Assembly (NCBI GenBank): GCA_047628735.1
Contig: JBLHVT010000005.1
Location: forward strand, 1,426 to 65,425
Length of the DNA stretch: 64,000 bases
Origin: Glaciecola sp.
GTDB lineage: Bacteria; Pseudomonadota; Gammaproteobacteria; Pseudomonadales; Pseudohongiellaceae
Direction: 5' to 3'
Positions within the stretch are counted from its first letter, which is position 1. Each line of letters opens with the position of its first letter. Both the position numbers and the translations under genes were made by a program. Shown here one piece after another: positions 1-11,700 of the stretch. The notes beneath the pieces are model-generated. The model did no database searches and was not told where the DNA came from. It saw only the letters and a program-made list of their open reading frames with translations.

Positions 1-1
1 C

Positions 2-2554
2 CAGACATGTTCTGCTGATTCTTTACTGCCCACAACTCCTTTAGCTATTCGCAATGGCTGCATTTGGAAACAGCAGTACCAAACGCTTCCAAGCGGTGGT
101 ATTACCGACTCCCCGTTAAGGCGCAATGGCGTTTATTTGATTACCGGCGGCTTGGGTGGTGTTGGAATGATACTGGCAGACTATTTGGCCGAACACTATC
201 AAGCTAAATTGCTATTGTTAGGTCGTTCGGAAATTGATCTATCTGCGGTAGGAGAGTTGACTTCCCCTGTTGTCCCAGAGCCGGCGTTTAAAGCTATTTT
301 GAATCAGGTAAATTGCACTGAGCAGCTGACTGAAATAGTAAAAATGTTATCTATCGCGCCATTGCGCTCGGATTCGAGGCTCGTTACCCAGTTAAATAAG
401 CTCTGTGCCGTTTATATTCTCCATTTTTGGCAGCAATGCGGGTTTATGTTTGTGCAGGGCCAGCAGTTCGATCTCGAGAGCTTGGTAAAGCAACTGAACC
501 TAGATGATGCCTTTGAACCTTGTATTGGCTGGTTTGCCCAAGTGCTTGTTGAAGATGGTTATCTGTCACGGCAAGAAGGAGGGCAATTCAGGGCTTTGCT
601 TTCATCCGATTCCATGCCAGCTCTAGAGCCTTTACATAGAGCCGTTTTGGCAGAGCAGCATGAGTTCCGAGGCACAATAGAATTACTGAAGCATTGTGTC
701 GAAGGCTATTATGTTGGTCTAAAAGGCGAAGTCCCGGCGATCAGTACTCTTTACTCTGAAGGCAGTGATGAATTACTCGCTAATGCTGGAGAAAATACTT
801 TTGCCCATAGCCTTAGAGAGCCGCAAATGCATTTTCTTGCAAAGCAGATTGTGGAATTGGCGAAATGTAGACAAGGAAAACCATTAAGAATACTCGAAGT
901 TGGTGTTGGTGATGGGATATTGGCAGGTATTGTTGCACCCGCTTTAAAAGATTTTTCAGTCGAGTATACGGCTACTGATCTGAGCCCATTGTTTCCGGAA
1001 AAGAATCGACAAAAGGCTAAAGCATTAGGACTCGATTTTTGTCAGTTCAAAACGTTGGACATCAGCAAAGACCCCTTGCTCCAGGGTTTTTGTGCTGATG
1101 AGTATGATTTAATTTTGGCGTTAGATGTCATCCACGCTACCGAGAATATTCAGACTACGCTTACTAATCTGCAGTTACTGCTTGCAGATGGGGGATCAAT
1201 TGCCCTGATAGAGGCGGTATTGGAGAGACGCTGGATTACCATGATTTGGGGGCTGGCAAAAGGCTGGTGGAATTATTCGGACGAGCGTGTTGAAAGCCAT
1301 TCACCCTTACTTTCAATAAGTGATTGGAACGATAAGTTGTTATCTTCGGGGTTCGAATCCGTGGACTGCGTTTCGACTGGTGTAACTCAAATGCATGAGG
1401 GACCACCAGAATCGGACAATCAACAAGAGGGTGATTACGCGTTAATCATTGGCCACAAAGCTGCTGCTATCGATACAAGACAGCGGATCCTTAAGCGAAT
1501 AGAGCGAATGGAAGATAAAGGGTCCGAAGTCATTGCTTTGTCTGCAGATGTTGGCAGCGACGCTGATATCGAGGGTGTGGCTACATTGATCGAGTCAAAA
1601 TTTGGTAAGTTGGATGGCATTATTCATGCAGCGGGTATTACGCAGCGTGAGTTTATATTTAACTTGTTGGGTGAGTCTATCGAGTCTGTTACTGAAGATG
1701 TGTTCTATCCTAAGATCTCGGGGACGTTGGCTCTAGAGTCTCTCGCTAAGCGGTTTAATCCTGCCTTTTGTCTTCTTATATCATCCAATGCTGCCACTCT
1801 CGGTGGCATTGGTATTGGCGCCTATTCAGCTGCCAGTTGTTGGTTAGATGGATATGCGCAGGCGAAAAAAACTTGTGTTAGCGATTACCCATTCGAGACC
1901 GATGATGGGCTAGAAAAAAATAGCGTACGCTGGATTAGCTCAAATTGGGACGGCTGGCCAACGGAAGAAACTACAGGGTTGGAATCGGAATTTAAGACCA
2001 GTATTGATCGCTACAAAATGACAGTAAGCGAATCTGAGAGAGCCTTTGAAACAGTTCTCGCGTCTGGCGTTTCACAGGTTGTCGTGTCGGCGGGCGGGCT
2101 GGATGATCGCCTGCGTCAGCTTGAAGGGCTGTTTACTGTTGATAACCCTAAATCAGCGAATCTGAACCGCGAATCGCAAGCCAGCGATCTGACCCCGAGC
2201 CCAGATCAATCCGCAGCGCAAAAGGCCGCTATTTCATGGCACAGCGATACGGAGTGTTATATTGCGAGTGTCTGGTGTGAGTTACTAGGGGTTAAGCATG
2301 TCACGCCGAATGATGACTTTTTTGACCTTCATGGCGATTCTCTAGTGGGTACGCAATTGATTGCAAGAATTAGTAAAGATAAAAATATAAAGATCCCGTT
2401 CAGAATGTTATTCGAGAAAACGCAGCTTAGACAATTTGCTCTCGGTGTCGAAGACCTTTGTGGCCAACCTCGCGGCGGGGAGACTGAGCCGACAAGCTCA
2501 GCGCATACTGACAATATTATTGATGACTGTGGTGAAGAAGAAGGAACGATTTAA
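2..2554 (+). CDS. Type I polyketide synthase, C-terminal part (5'-truncated by the window edge): KR domain interrupted by a SAM methyltransferase, then ACP
   Basis: The frame is open from nt 2, with no stop before the first in-track Met at 137. GVYLITGGLGGVG...LLLLGRS is the KR NADPH-binding motif. LRILEVGVGDG (893-916) and YDLILALDVIHAT are class I SAM-MT motifs. KLDGIIHAAGI, YPKISG, LLISSNAA, GAYSAAS and SSNWDGW form the rest of the KR catalytic subdomain. FFDLHGDSLVGTQL is the carrier domain, with the Ser codon at 2339-2341. The stop overlaps the next start (TAATG, 2552-2556). Confidence 0.9.
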   Translation, partial: QTCSADSLLPTTPLAIRNGCIWKQQYQTLPSGGITDSPLRRNGVYLITGGLGGVGMILADYLAEHYQAKLLLLGRSEIDLSAVGELTSPVVPEPAFKAILNQVNCTEQLTEIVKMLSIAPLRSDSRLVTQLNKLCAVYILHFWQQCGFMFVQGQQFDLESLVKQLNLDDAFEPCIGWFAQVLVEDGYLSRQEGGQFRALLSSDSMPALEPLHRAVLAEQHEFRGTIELLKHCVEGYYVGLKGEVPAISTLYSEGSDELLANAGENTFAHSLREPQMHFLAKQIVELAKCRQGKPLRILEVGVGDGILAGIVAPALKDFSVEYTATDLSPLFPEKNRQKAKALGLDFCQFKTLDISKDPLLQGFCADEYDLILALDVIHATENIQTTLTNLQLLLADGGSIALIEAVLERRWITMIWGLAKGWWNYSDERVESHSPLLSISDWNDKLLSSGFESVDCVSTGVTQMHEGPPESDNQQEGDYALIIGHKAAAIDTRQRILKRIERMEDKGSEVIALSADVGSDADIEGVATLIESKFGKLDGIIHAAGITQREFIFNLLGESIESVTEDVFYPKISGTLALESLAKRFNPAFCLLISSNAATLGGIGIGAYSAASCWLDGYAQAKKTCVSDYPFETDDGLEKNSVRWISSNWDGWPTEETTGLESEFKTSIDRYKMTVSESERAFETVLASGVSQVVVSAGGLDDRLRQLEGLFTVDNPKSANLNRESQASDLTPSPDQSAAQKAAISWHSDTECYIASVWCELLGVKHVTPNDDFFDLHGDSLVGTQLIARISKDKNIKIPFRMLFEKTQLRQFALGVEDLCGQPRGGETEPTSSAHTDNIIDDCGEEEGTI
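240..1500 (+). other. PKS-type SAM-dependent methyltransferase domain nested inside the KR Rossmann fold (approximate boundaries)
   Basis: It lies between LLLLGRSE (ends about nt 235) and the KR segment KGSEVIALSADV...KLDGIIHAAGI (about 1515-1640). It contains LRILEVGVGDG, YTATDLS, FKTLDISKDP, YDLILALDVIHAT and LLLADGGSIALIE, the motif set of cis-AT PKS MT domains. Confidence 0.75.
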
Positions 2555-2720
2555 TGAGCTTGGATGAACTATTTTCGACACTTGAACAGGTGGGTATTCG
2601 TCTTAGTGCCTCTGATGGGCAGTTGAATTTTCGCGCTCCTAAAGGGGCGATGACAACAGAACTGAAAGCGCAAATCAGAGATAGCAAGGCCGATATTCTG
2701 CGTTTTTTTAGCGAACAAGA
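2554..2720 (+). other. TubC-like (beta-hairpin) N-terminal docking domain at the PKS-to-NRPS junction
   Basis: MSLDELFSTLEQVGIRLSASDGQLNFRAPKGAMTTELKAQIRDSKADILRFF matches the L..L...G..L...G..L.F.AP.G.....L...I...K..IL pattern of TubC-type docking domains. The upstream PKS ends in an acidic unstructured tail (..DNIIDDCGEEEGTI) after the ACP. Confidence 0.6.
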
Positions 2721-5700
2721 ATCAATATTACCTATTGAGGCCGCTGACTATTATGCATTGTGTCACGCTCAGCAACGGATTTGGATGCTTGCTCAGATTG
2801 AGCAAGATGGCACATTATTTAACGTGCCTTTAGCCTATGTGATTGAGGGCAAGTTTGATGTTGCGCGATTTAAGAAAAGCCTTGCTTGCCTGCTTGAGCG
2901 CCATGAAATTCTTCGTACGGTCTTCCCATTAATTGAGGGTGAACCAAAACAGCGGGTGACCAGTTTCAGTACTGAGTTTTTGGATGCGATATTCAGTGAG
3001 CGAGACGTACAAGATCTTTCACCCTCTGAGATTGAAAACCTTTTAACTAAAGAGACAAGGACCATTTTCGATTTGGAAGCAGGACCGATGTTTAAGGTAC
3101 TGATTGCAAAGGAGTCCTCTGAGCGACAGTTACTGCTTGTTACACTCCATCATATTGTTACTGATGGCTGGAGCGTCAGGCTAATGATGCAGGAGTTAAT
3201 TGCTCATTATAAAATTGATCAAGACGGCGACTCAGTTTTACCAAACTTGAGTTTTCAATACCGTGATTTTGCCGCTTGGCAGAACCGGCAAATTCAATCG
3301 GGGGCGATGGCTGCCCATCAAAAATTTTGGATAGAGCAGTTTTCAGAAGGTATTCCAACATTAGAGCTCCATACGGATTTCCCCCGTCCGGCTGTGCAAT
3401 CCTTTAATGGTGCTGAAATTTCTTTTTCTTTTGATGCAGGCTTAGTCGAGGCGATACATCAATTAAGCCGTCGATGTTCTGCTAGCTTCTATATGACCCT
3501 AGTTACCCTGACACAGACATTGCTATTGCGTCATTCTCAACAGGAAAGCATTGTTGTAGGTATGCCTGTGTCTGGGAGAGAAAGGTCGGACTTGGATGAT
3601 CAACTTGGCCTGTATATTAATACGATGGCATTAAAGACTGATCTGCCGATGTCGCTCACTGCTATTGAAGCTATTGAAGTTGTTCGGAATAATTTTATTA
3701 ATGCTTATGAGTATCAAGCTTATCCTTTTGATCTACTTGTGGATGATTTGGATTTGGATCGAGACTTGAGTCGTTCTCCACTTTTTGACGTTATGGTTAT
3801 TCTGCAAGAATCCGGCGCAACGGGTGATAGCGAATCTACTTTGCGGCTTAGCCCTCTACCAATGCCATCCACGACAAGTAAATACGATCTGACCTTTCAC
3901 CTAGAAGAAAGAGCGTCGGAATTACATTTGTCTATAGAATATAATACTGATTTATTCTCAGCTTCACGCATTAAGGGCCTGGGTGAACAGTTTGGTGACT
4001 TGGCTAAACGAATGGTAGCGTCGCCAGACGTGCCGTTGAGTACGTTTTCTGTGTTGTCTGAAATGAAAGAGGGCTTACTCCTTTCTCAATTAACTGGCAA
4101 CGTTAATAATGGCTTGTATTCATCTTCTGATGCCGATTCAAATCTCGAATCAGATAGAAATTTCATTGCTAGTTTTCGAGAACAGGCTGCTAAAAATCCT
4201 CGCAAGACGGCCATTACATTCTCAAATGAAATGCTAACTTATGAGCAACTAGACCAACAGTCAGATAGCCTAGCTGCTTACTTACAGAACTATTTTCAAC
4301 ATAATTCTATTGAGCTATCGCAATGCCTTGTTGGACTTTGTGTAGAAAGATCGACAAGAATGATCGTGTCATTATTAGGTGTTTTGAAATCAGGTGCGGC
4401 CTATCTTCCGATAGATCCTGGATATCCAAGTGATCGAATCGCGTACATGCTCAAAGACAGTGGGGCACAGCTCGTTTTATCGGAGGCCGAGTTAGTTAAA
4501 GTTATCGCACAAGCCTGCGACGCTAATTTTGTTTGCATCGATTCTCAATGGGAAAGTATTTGTAGGACTGATGTTAGCAAGCTTGAAAGAGCTATGGATA
4601 ATGAGAATTTAGCCTATGTGATATATACGTCGGGTTCAACTGGTCTTCCGAAAGGCGTAGAGATTTCTCATCATGCGCTATCCAATTTCCTTAGCAGTAT
4701 GGCGCGGGAACCTGGGCTGCGCCAACAAGATCGGCTCTTAGCCGTAACCACTATTTGTTTTGATATCGCTGCATTGGAATTGTTTTTACCTTTACTGCAG
4801 GGGGCTGAAATAGTATTGGCAGCTGACAGTGATGTTGTTGATGGTCAAAAGCTGATCGATCTTGTAGGCCAACACCAAGTGACCTGCATGCAAGCGACAC
4901 CTGTAACTTGGAAGTTAATGCTTTCGGCGGGCTGGCAAGGGAGTCCGCGGTTGAAGGTACTGTGTGGGGGCGAAGCCTTATCTACTCAGTTGGCAGGTGA
5001 ACTACTTCCGCGCTGTGATCAGCTGTGGAATATGTACGGGCCGACTGAAACCACTATCTGGTCGTTAGTTGCTAGGATCACCTCAGATTCAATTGCCCAG
5101 TCTAACGGTGGTATCGTTCACATAGGCAGCCCCATAGAAAATACAACTCTTTTGGTGCTCGACCGCTGGGGGAAAATATCTGCTCCAGGTGTTCCGGGTG
5201 AGCTTTGTATCGGTGGGGCTGGCTTGGCGAGGGGTTATCTTAATCGACCTGATCTAAGTGCGGATAAGTTTTTTCTTTATAGGCTGCCTCAGAATCAACC
5301 TCTAAAAAGTCAGGTGCAAGAAAACAGCTTACAACTACACAGTTTACAACTACACAGTTTACAACTACACAGTTTGCAACAACACAGATATTACCGTACC
5401 GGTGATTTGGTCTGCGTCACTGAGCAAGGTCAACTCGATTTTTTAGGGCGATTAGATAATCAAGTTAAAGTTCGCGGGTATCGAATAGAGCTTGGAGAGA
5501 TCGAAGCGCAACTGGGGCACAGTGATCTTGTCAGTACCGCTGTTGTTTGTGCGCAACGAGACAGTGATGGCCAGAATTATTTGGTGGCGTATATCCAACC
5601 GACAAGCGATCAGCTACAGATCGATAGTACTAAATTACTCTCTATCAAAGCTGGACTAAGCGATGTACTACCTGGGTACATGGTGCCTGATCAATTTGTA

Positions 5701-8700
5701 GTGCTCGATGAGTTTCCTTTAACGGCGAATGGAAAAATAGATAGGAAAAAACTGTTACAACATGACAGCGAAGTGGGCATAGCTATTGTTACCCAGAGCG
5801 TGCCTTATGTACCTGCAGATACGCCTTTAGAAAAAGTACTAGTTGATATCTGGCAGAGCGTGCTTGAAGTCGAAACTGTTGGTCTTGATGATAATTTCTT
5901 CGAGCTTGGAGGACATAGTTTAAAAGCGACTCGTTTGGTTTTTCGTTTACAAAAGGAAACGGAGTTGGCGCTCCAGTTACTGGACATCTTTAAATACCCC
6001 ACTATTAGCAAGTTGATCGAGAACGTAACAGGACATGAGTCTATAGTTCCAATTGAAGCGCTTACGAAGGCGGCGGCGAGTGATGAAAACGGTGAGTCTC
6101 TATGGCCGTTATCTCGTGCACAAGAACGACTATGGTTGATGCACCAGCTAGATCTGTCTCTTGCCAATGCGAATGCTGGTGCAGCCTATAATGTGTCAAC
6201 GGGCATAACTTTATCAGGCCCGCTGGATATCACGTCTCTGCAGCTAGCTCTAACACAGATAATTAAGCGGCACGAAAGTTTACGGACCGTCTTTCCCGCC
6301 CAGAACGATGGCAGCACAATGCAGCGGGTTGTTGGCTATAGCGATCTAGATGACAGCCTAGCTTTCATTGCATTGCAAGGTGAGCAGGATTTGACTGGTG
6401 TAGTAACGGATTTTACTGGCCAGCCTTTTGATCTGGTGCATGGCCCACTGTTTAAAGTGCTTTTAGTGAAAGCTGATGAAGACCTTGAAGGCGGTAAAAA
6501 AAATCAGGAGCACACGTTGGTGTTGTCGCTTCATCATATTATCTGTGATGAATGGTCCTTACGTATTATTCTTCAAGAGCTATTGATGCTTTATCACAGC
6601 CATAGTGGTCAAAGTGAATTTGCGCTGAAGGATCTCGCTATTCAATATCGTGACTACGCTCATTGGCAAAACCGACGTTTCGCGGATCAGTCTTTGCAAC
6701 AGCTCAGAGGTTATTGGCTGGCTAAAATATCTGCCCCGCCAGGCTCGCTGAATCTTCCTGCTGACTATCCAAGACCCGATGAAATGGATTATCAAGGTGA
6801 CAGCGTAGAATTCAATTGGCCACTGGAATTGAATAGCGCACTTGCCGCTCTCGCGGTGCGAGCTGGTCAAAGTCAGTTTATGATTCTTACGGCCTTGGTC
6901 AAGGTATTACTGTTTCGCTACAGCGGTGAAACAGATATAACTATCGGCTCGCCGGTTCTAGGGCGTACTCATCCAGACTTGGAAAACCAAGTGGGTAATT
7001 ATGTCAATATGCTTGCGCTAAGGGATATTCTTTCACCGCACGAAAGCTTTTTGGTTTTTCTGGATCAGATCAAAGAGACGATCTCCGGCGCATTAGAGCA
7101 TCAAGAATACCCATTTGATCAATTGGTTGAAGACTTATCAGTACCGCGAGAACTAGACCGGCACCCGGTCTTTGATGTGCTGATATCGCTGGAAAGTCAG
7201 TCGGTAGATGACCGCTTGATATCGCTGCCAGTAGGAAAGCGAAGTATCGGTTTGCAGAAGACCACGCCAAGAATATCCCCTTACAGTTGTGCGCTACCCG
7301 TTGCGAAATATGATCTTTCTTTTAACTTTACCGAAACAGAAGAGGGTCTTCGTGCGTCCATAAACTTTCGCACATCACTTTTTAAGCGCCAACGCATCGA
7401 ACGATTGGCAGGTCATCTCGTGCAATTGATGCATAGTATAATTCGGCAACCTGAAACTCCTCTACGTGAACTCTCGCTATTGACCGAAGCAGAAAGTCAG
7501 GCATTGCTGTCGTACAACCAAACTGCTGCCGACTATCCTAAAAACTTTTCACTAGTGGATTTGTGGTCGGCTCAGGTATTGAAGAATCCGAACACTGTCG
7601 CGGTTATCTATCGCGACATACAAATGACCTACCAAGAAATTGATGAGGCTGCGTCTCGCCTCGCCACAATGCTGATCACTCAGGGTGAGATTGGACTTGC
7701 CGAACCGGTTGTAGTCTATTTGGAAAAAAGTCATAAGGTTATCATAAGCTTCCTCGGAGTCTTAAAGGCAGGAGGATGTTATGTCCCGCTCGACCCTAGT
7801 TATCCAGAGAAGCGTGCGGACTACATTCTTCAGAGCAGTCACTGCAGGTTAATTATTGCAGACGATATCCCAGAGTTTATGCATTCTCCTGGGCGCAAGT
7901 TTTTCCTTGCTATAGCACCTAGTGGTCAGTCAATAAATAGTGGATCGTCGGTTAAAGAAGAGTTTGTTGAAAGAGAGTGTGACCCCAACCAAACTGCATA
8001 TGTAATTTATACATCTGGCTCAACAGGGCAGCCGAAAGGGTGTAAGGTAAGTCATTGTAACGTCGTTCGCTTTATTGTTAATGATAAGAATATCTTTAAC
8101 TTCAGTGAAACAGATGTCTGGCTTGTTTCCCACAGTTTTTCGTTTGATTTTTCTGTCTTGGAAATGTATGGCGCGCTTCTCGTCGGTGGTAGGGTTGTCG
8201 TTGCTGACCGGGAGGATGTTGTCGATACGTCAGCGTTTAGAAAACTTCTCTGTAAACATCAAGTGACGATCTTAACTCAGACGCCAGCTGCTTTTACGAA
8301 TCTAGTATTAGTCGAAATGACAGTCGCTGATCACGGTCTTGATGAACATTTGCGGATGGTGATACTTGGCGGAGAACGTCTGTCGTTTGCATCATTGCAA
8401 CCGTGGATCAGTTTTTATCCAAATGATAAAGTTCAAATTATCAACGGATATGGTCCGACCGAAGCAACTGTACTTTCTACCTATCATGCTTTAACTGATG
8501 CAGAAATTATGGCTGACAATGGACTGAGTATAATCGGTGGGCCTCTGCCGGAAACTCAGGTCTATATATTTGACGAATTTCGGCAACAACAGCCTATAGG
8601 AATCTCTGGTGAAATTTGGATCGGCGGCTCGGGTGTTTGTCAGGGTTATATTAACCAGCCTACATTGACCTCATCACGGTTTGTCCCCATGGCGGTGGCA

Positions 8701-11700
8701 TCCGGACTTATTGGTGTTGAAGAGATTACACAGCTACTTTATCGTTCAGGCGATGTCGGATCTCGTTTGGAAGATGGCTCAATAGTCTTTCTCGGTCGAA
8801 ATGACAATCAAGTTCAGGTTCGGGGGTTTCGGATTGAGCTTGGTGAGATTGAGGCACAGTTAAACCAATTTAGCGAAGTAGAAAAGTCATTTGTAACCGT
8901 TAATTCACAAATAGGAGAAACAAAAGGTACTGCAGATTCTACCGATCTGGTAGCTTATATAGTGCCTGCGAATAAGCAGTTTACTGAGGGGCTATTGAGA
9001 ACTTACTTGGGCGAGCAGTTGCCAGTCTATATGGTGCCTACTTTTATTGTCATGCTTGAGGAATTGCCTCTTACTAGTAACGGAAAGATTGATACTGCTG
9101 CGTTACCTATTCCCGGCTACCCAACAACTGCGCTATCTGATGGGCTAACTAGAGCATTGACTAAAGAGCACGGTGTTCTAGCCAAACTATGGAGTCAAGT
9201 GCTGGGACATAACGTTGGATCGGCGACTGATAATTTTTTCGATATTGGTGGACAAAGCTTGAAAGCTGTTCAATTGTCTCTATTGATTGAGCGAGAGTAC
9301 CAAAAGACCTTCAATTTGCGGAATATTTTTTCAGCACCAACAATCGAACAGCAGTGTGAGTTAATTCGTACTGCACCTCCTTCCTCAGCGGTAATGCAAT
9401 CAGTATCCCATATTCCTATGCTTGATTCGGAGCCAGGCGAAAGTGAGGTTATGCCACTTTCTCCTACTCAACGTCGATTGTGGGCCTTGGAAGAATTGGG
9501 TTTGGCAAGTGGTGTTTATAATATTTATGGCGCGAATGTTTTGATTGGTGACCTCAATGCCGTGGCGTTAGAACAGGCAGTTAATAAGGTGATTCAACGG
9601 CATTCAGTATTGAGAACTGTATTCGTTTCAGAAAATGCCACTGGCGGGCAGAAAATTAGGCCGTTTGTTGACAGCAGTAATTTGGACGCTATTGATTTAG
9701 CCAGCTGTGTTGAGGCAGAAAAGCAAGTTCGCCTCTTTTGTCAAGAGGATGCAGTTGCGCCATTCGATCTTTCAGCCGGACCACTTTATCGATTTAAACT
9801 ATACAAGTTAGATCGCCAGCGACACGTATTCTCAATTAATCTTCATCACTTAATTAGTGACGGTTGGTCACAATCTGTCTTGGTTACTGACTTGATGTCT
9901 TGCTATGAGGATTTTTGCCAGGAGCGTTCTTCATCGCTTAATAAGTTGGAATTACAGTATTACGATTACGCTTGTTGGATTAATCGGCTTAGTGAAGCGG
10001 GGAAATTTGATGGGCACAAGGTTTGGTGGCGTCAACAGTTTGTTGAAGACATTCTACCGCTGACATTGCCCAGTGATAGGTCCCGGCCTAGTATTCAGGA
10101 ATTTTCTGGTGATATCGTACACTTTGAATTGCCCGAAACACTCTCTAAACTGATTCGCCGGACTGCATTAAATGAGCAACAAAGCGTTTACGCTGTTTTG
10201 TTAACGGCGGTCAAAGTGCTATTGCACAGATACAGCGGTCAGAAAGATATTATTGTTGGGAGTGCTGAGGCGGGGCGATCTGATTTAAATCTTTCTGAGC
10301 AGATTGGCTTTTATGCAAATATGTTGGTGTTGAGAGACCAGGTCGAAAGTAATGATTGCTGGCAGGGATTGCTTTGCAAAGTTGGTCATACATTGCTTGA
10401 GGCGTTAGAGCACCGAGATTATCCTTTTGATGAATTGGTAGAAGATCTAGCAATCCCACGAGATATTAGCCGATCACCGTTATTTGATGTGGCGGTTTCC
10501 ATGCTGCCCAGTGCGTCTCTATCTCGCGAACAAGCATCCTATCTATCGCAGTCTATCGACATTCAGCCGTTTGTGGTTTCTCAACCTGTTTCACGATTTG
10601 ATCTAAGCTTTTACTTTACTGATTCGGTAGAAGGGGCCATCAAGGGAGGTATTGAGTTTAGTACAGCATTGTTTGATAGAAGTCGCATTGAGCGAATGGC
10701 GGGGCATTTTACTCAAGCATTAGAGTCGGGCCTGAACAATTTAGGCCAATCTATCAGTGATTTGCGACTGTTAACGGATTTAGAGATCGAAGAAATAAAG
10801 AATGGTTTTAGTAAAGAACCCTCGAAAATTACCGAAGCTGATTTAGTCTACTCGAGACTTGACGAGTCACCATCATCCCTTGGCCCAGTCGAGATATTTT
10901 TACAGCAAGTAAAAATCAACCCTCAGGGTATCGCGGTTCAGTCCCATACAGACAGTCTTAGTTACCAGCAGCTTGATGAGCAGTCCGCAGTATTAGCGGC
11001 CTGGCTAATGAAAATGGTTTTCACCGATAACGATCAATCTAGCTCAGAGACGCCGGAAAAAACAGTGGCTTTACTGTTTACCCGCCACCCTCGAATGGTT
11101 GTTTCCGTCCTTGCTGTCTTGCGAGCAGGCCTTACCTATGTACCCCTCGATTCAACATTTCCAGAATCTCGGTTGTCATTTATATTGGATGACTCCGATA
11201 GCACGATAGTGCTAACTGAATTTTCGCAGCGCGAGCTAGTGCCTAGCAATTATAGGGGGCTTATCTGTGCTGTTGATAGTGAATGGGCATCAATCTCCGA
11301 GATTGCGTCCGAGATGCCAAGCTTATCAATTCAACAATATTATAGTCCGCAGCGACTGGCGTATATTATTTATACCTCGGGATCAACAGGCCAGCCAAAA
11401 GGAGTTTTGATTGAGGGGGGCTCTATTGTTGACCTCGTCAAAAATACAAACTTTATCGATATAACCCCCCAAGACAGGATTCTTCAAGCTGGTTCGCTGG
11501 CTTTCGATGCTTCTACCTTTGAGATATGGGGAGCTATTTTAAATGGGGCGTCATTGTATATGCCCAGTAGGAATGAATTGTTAGATCCAGCTACGTTTGC
11601 TAATAGTTTGTATGTTCAAAGTATCAGCATTACTTTTCTGACAACCAGTTTATTCAATCAACTTTCTGCCTTCGATGCGTCTCTTTTTTCGACTCTTCGA

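Noticed and set aside
1350-1360. GGTTCGAATCC, a perfect tRNA T-arm/T-loop-like string.
   Set aside because: It lies inside the PKS reading frame (..SSGFESVD..). No acceptor, D or anticodon arms can be drawn around it, so it is coincidental.
5805-6167. Antisense ORFs of 60-145 aa inside the megasynthase genes, for example 5805-6167, 21299-21736 and 12369-12605, all on the minus strand.
   Set aside because: They are fully embedded opposite long ORFs that carry dense NRPS core motifs. They have low-complexity Ser/Arg/Leu-rich translations and no RBS or family resemblance. They are typical shadow ORFs.
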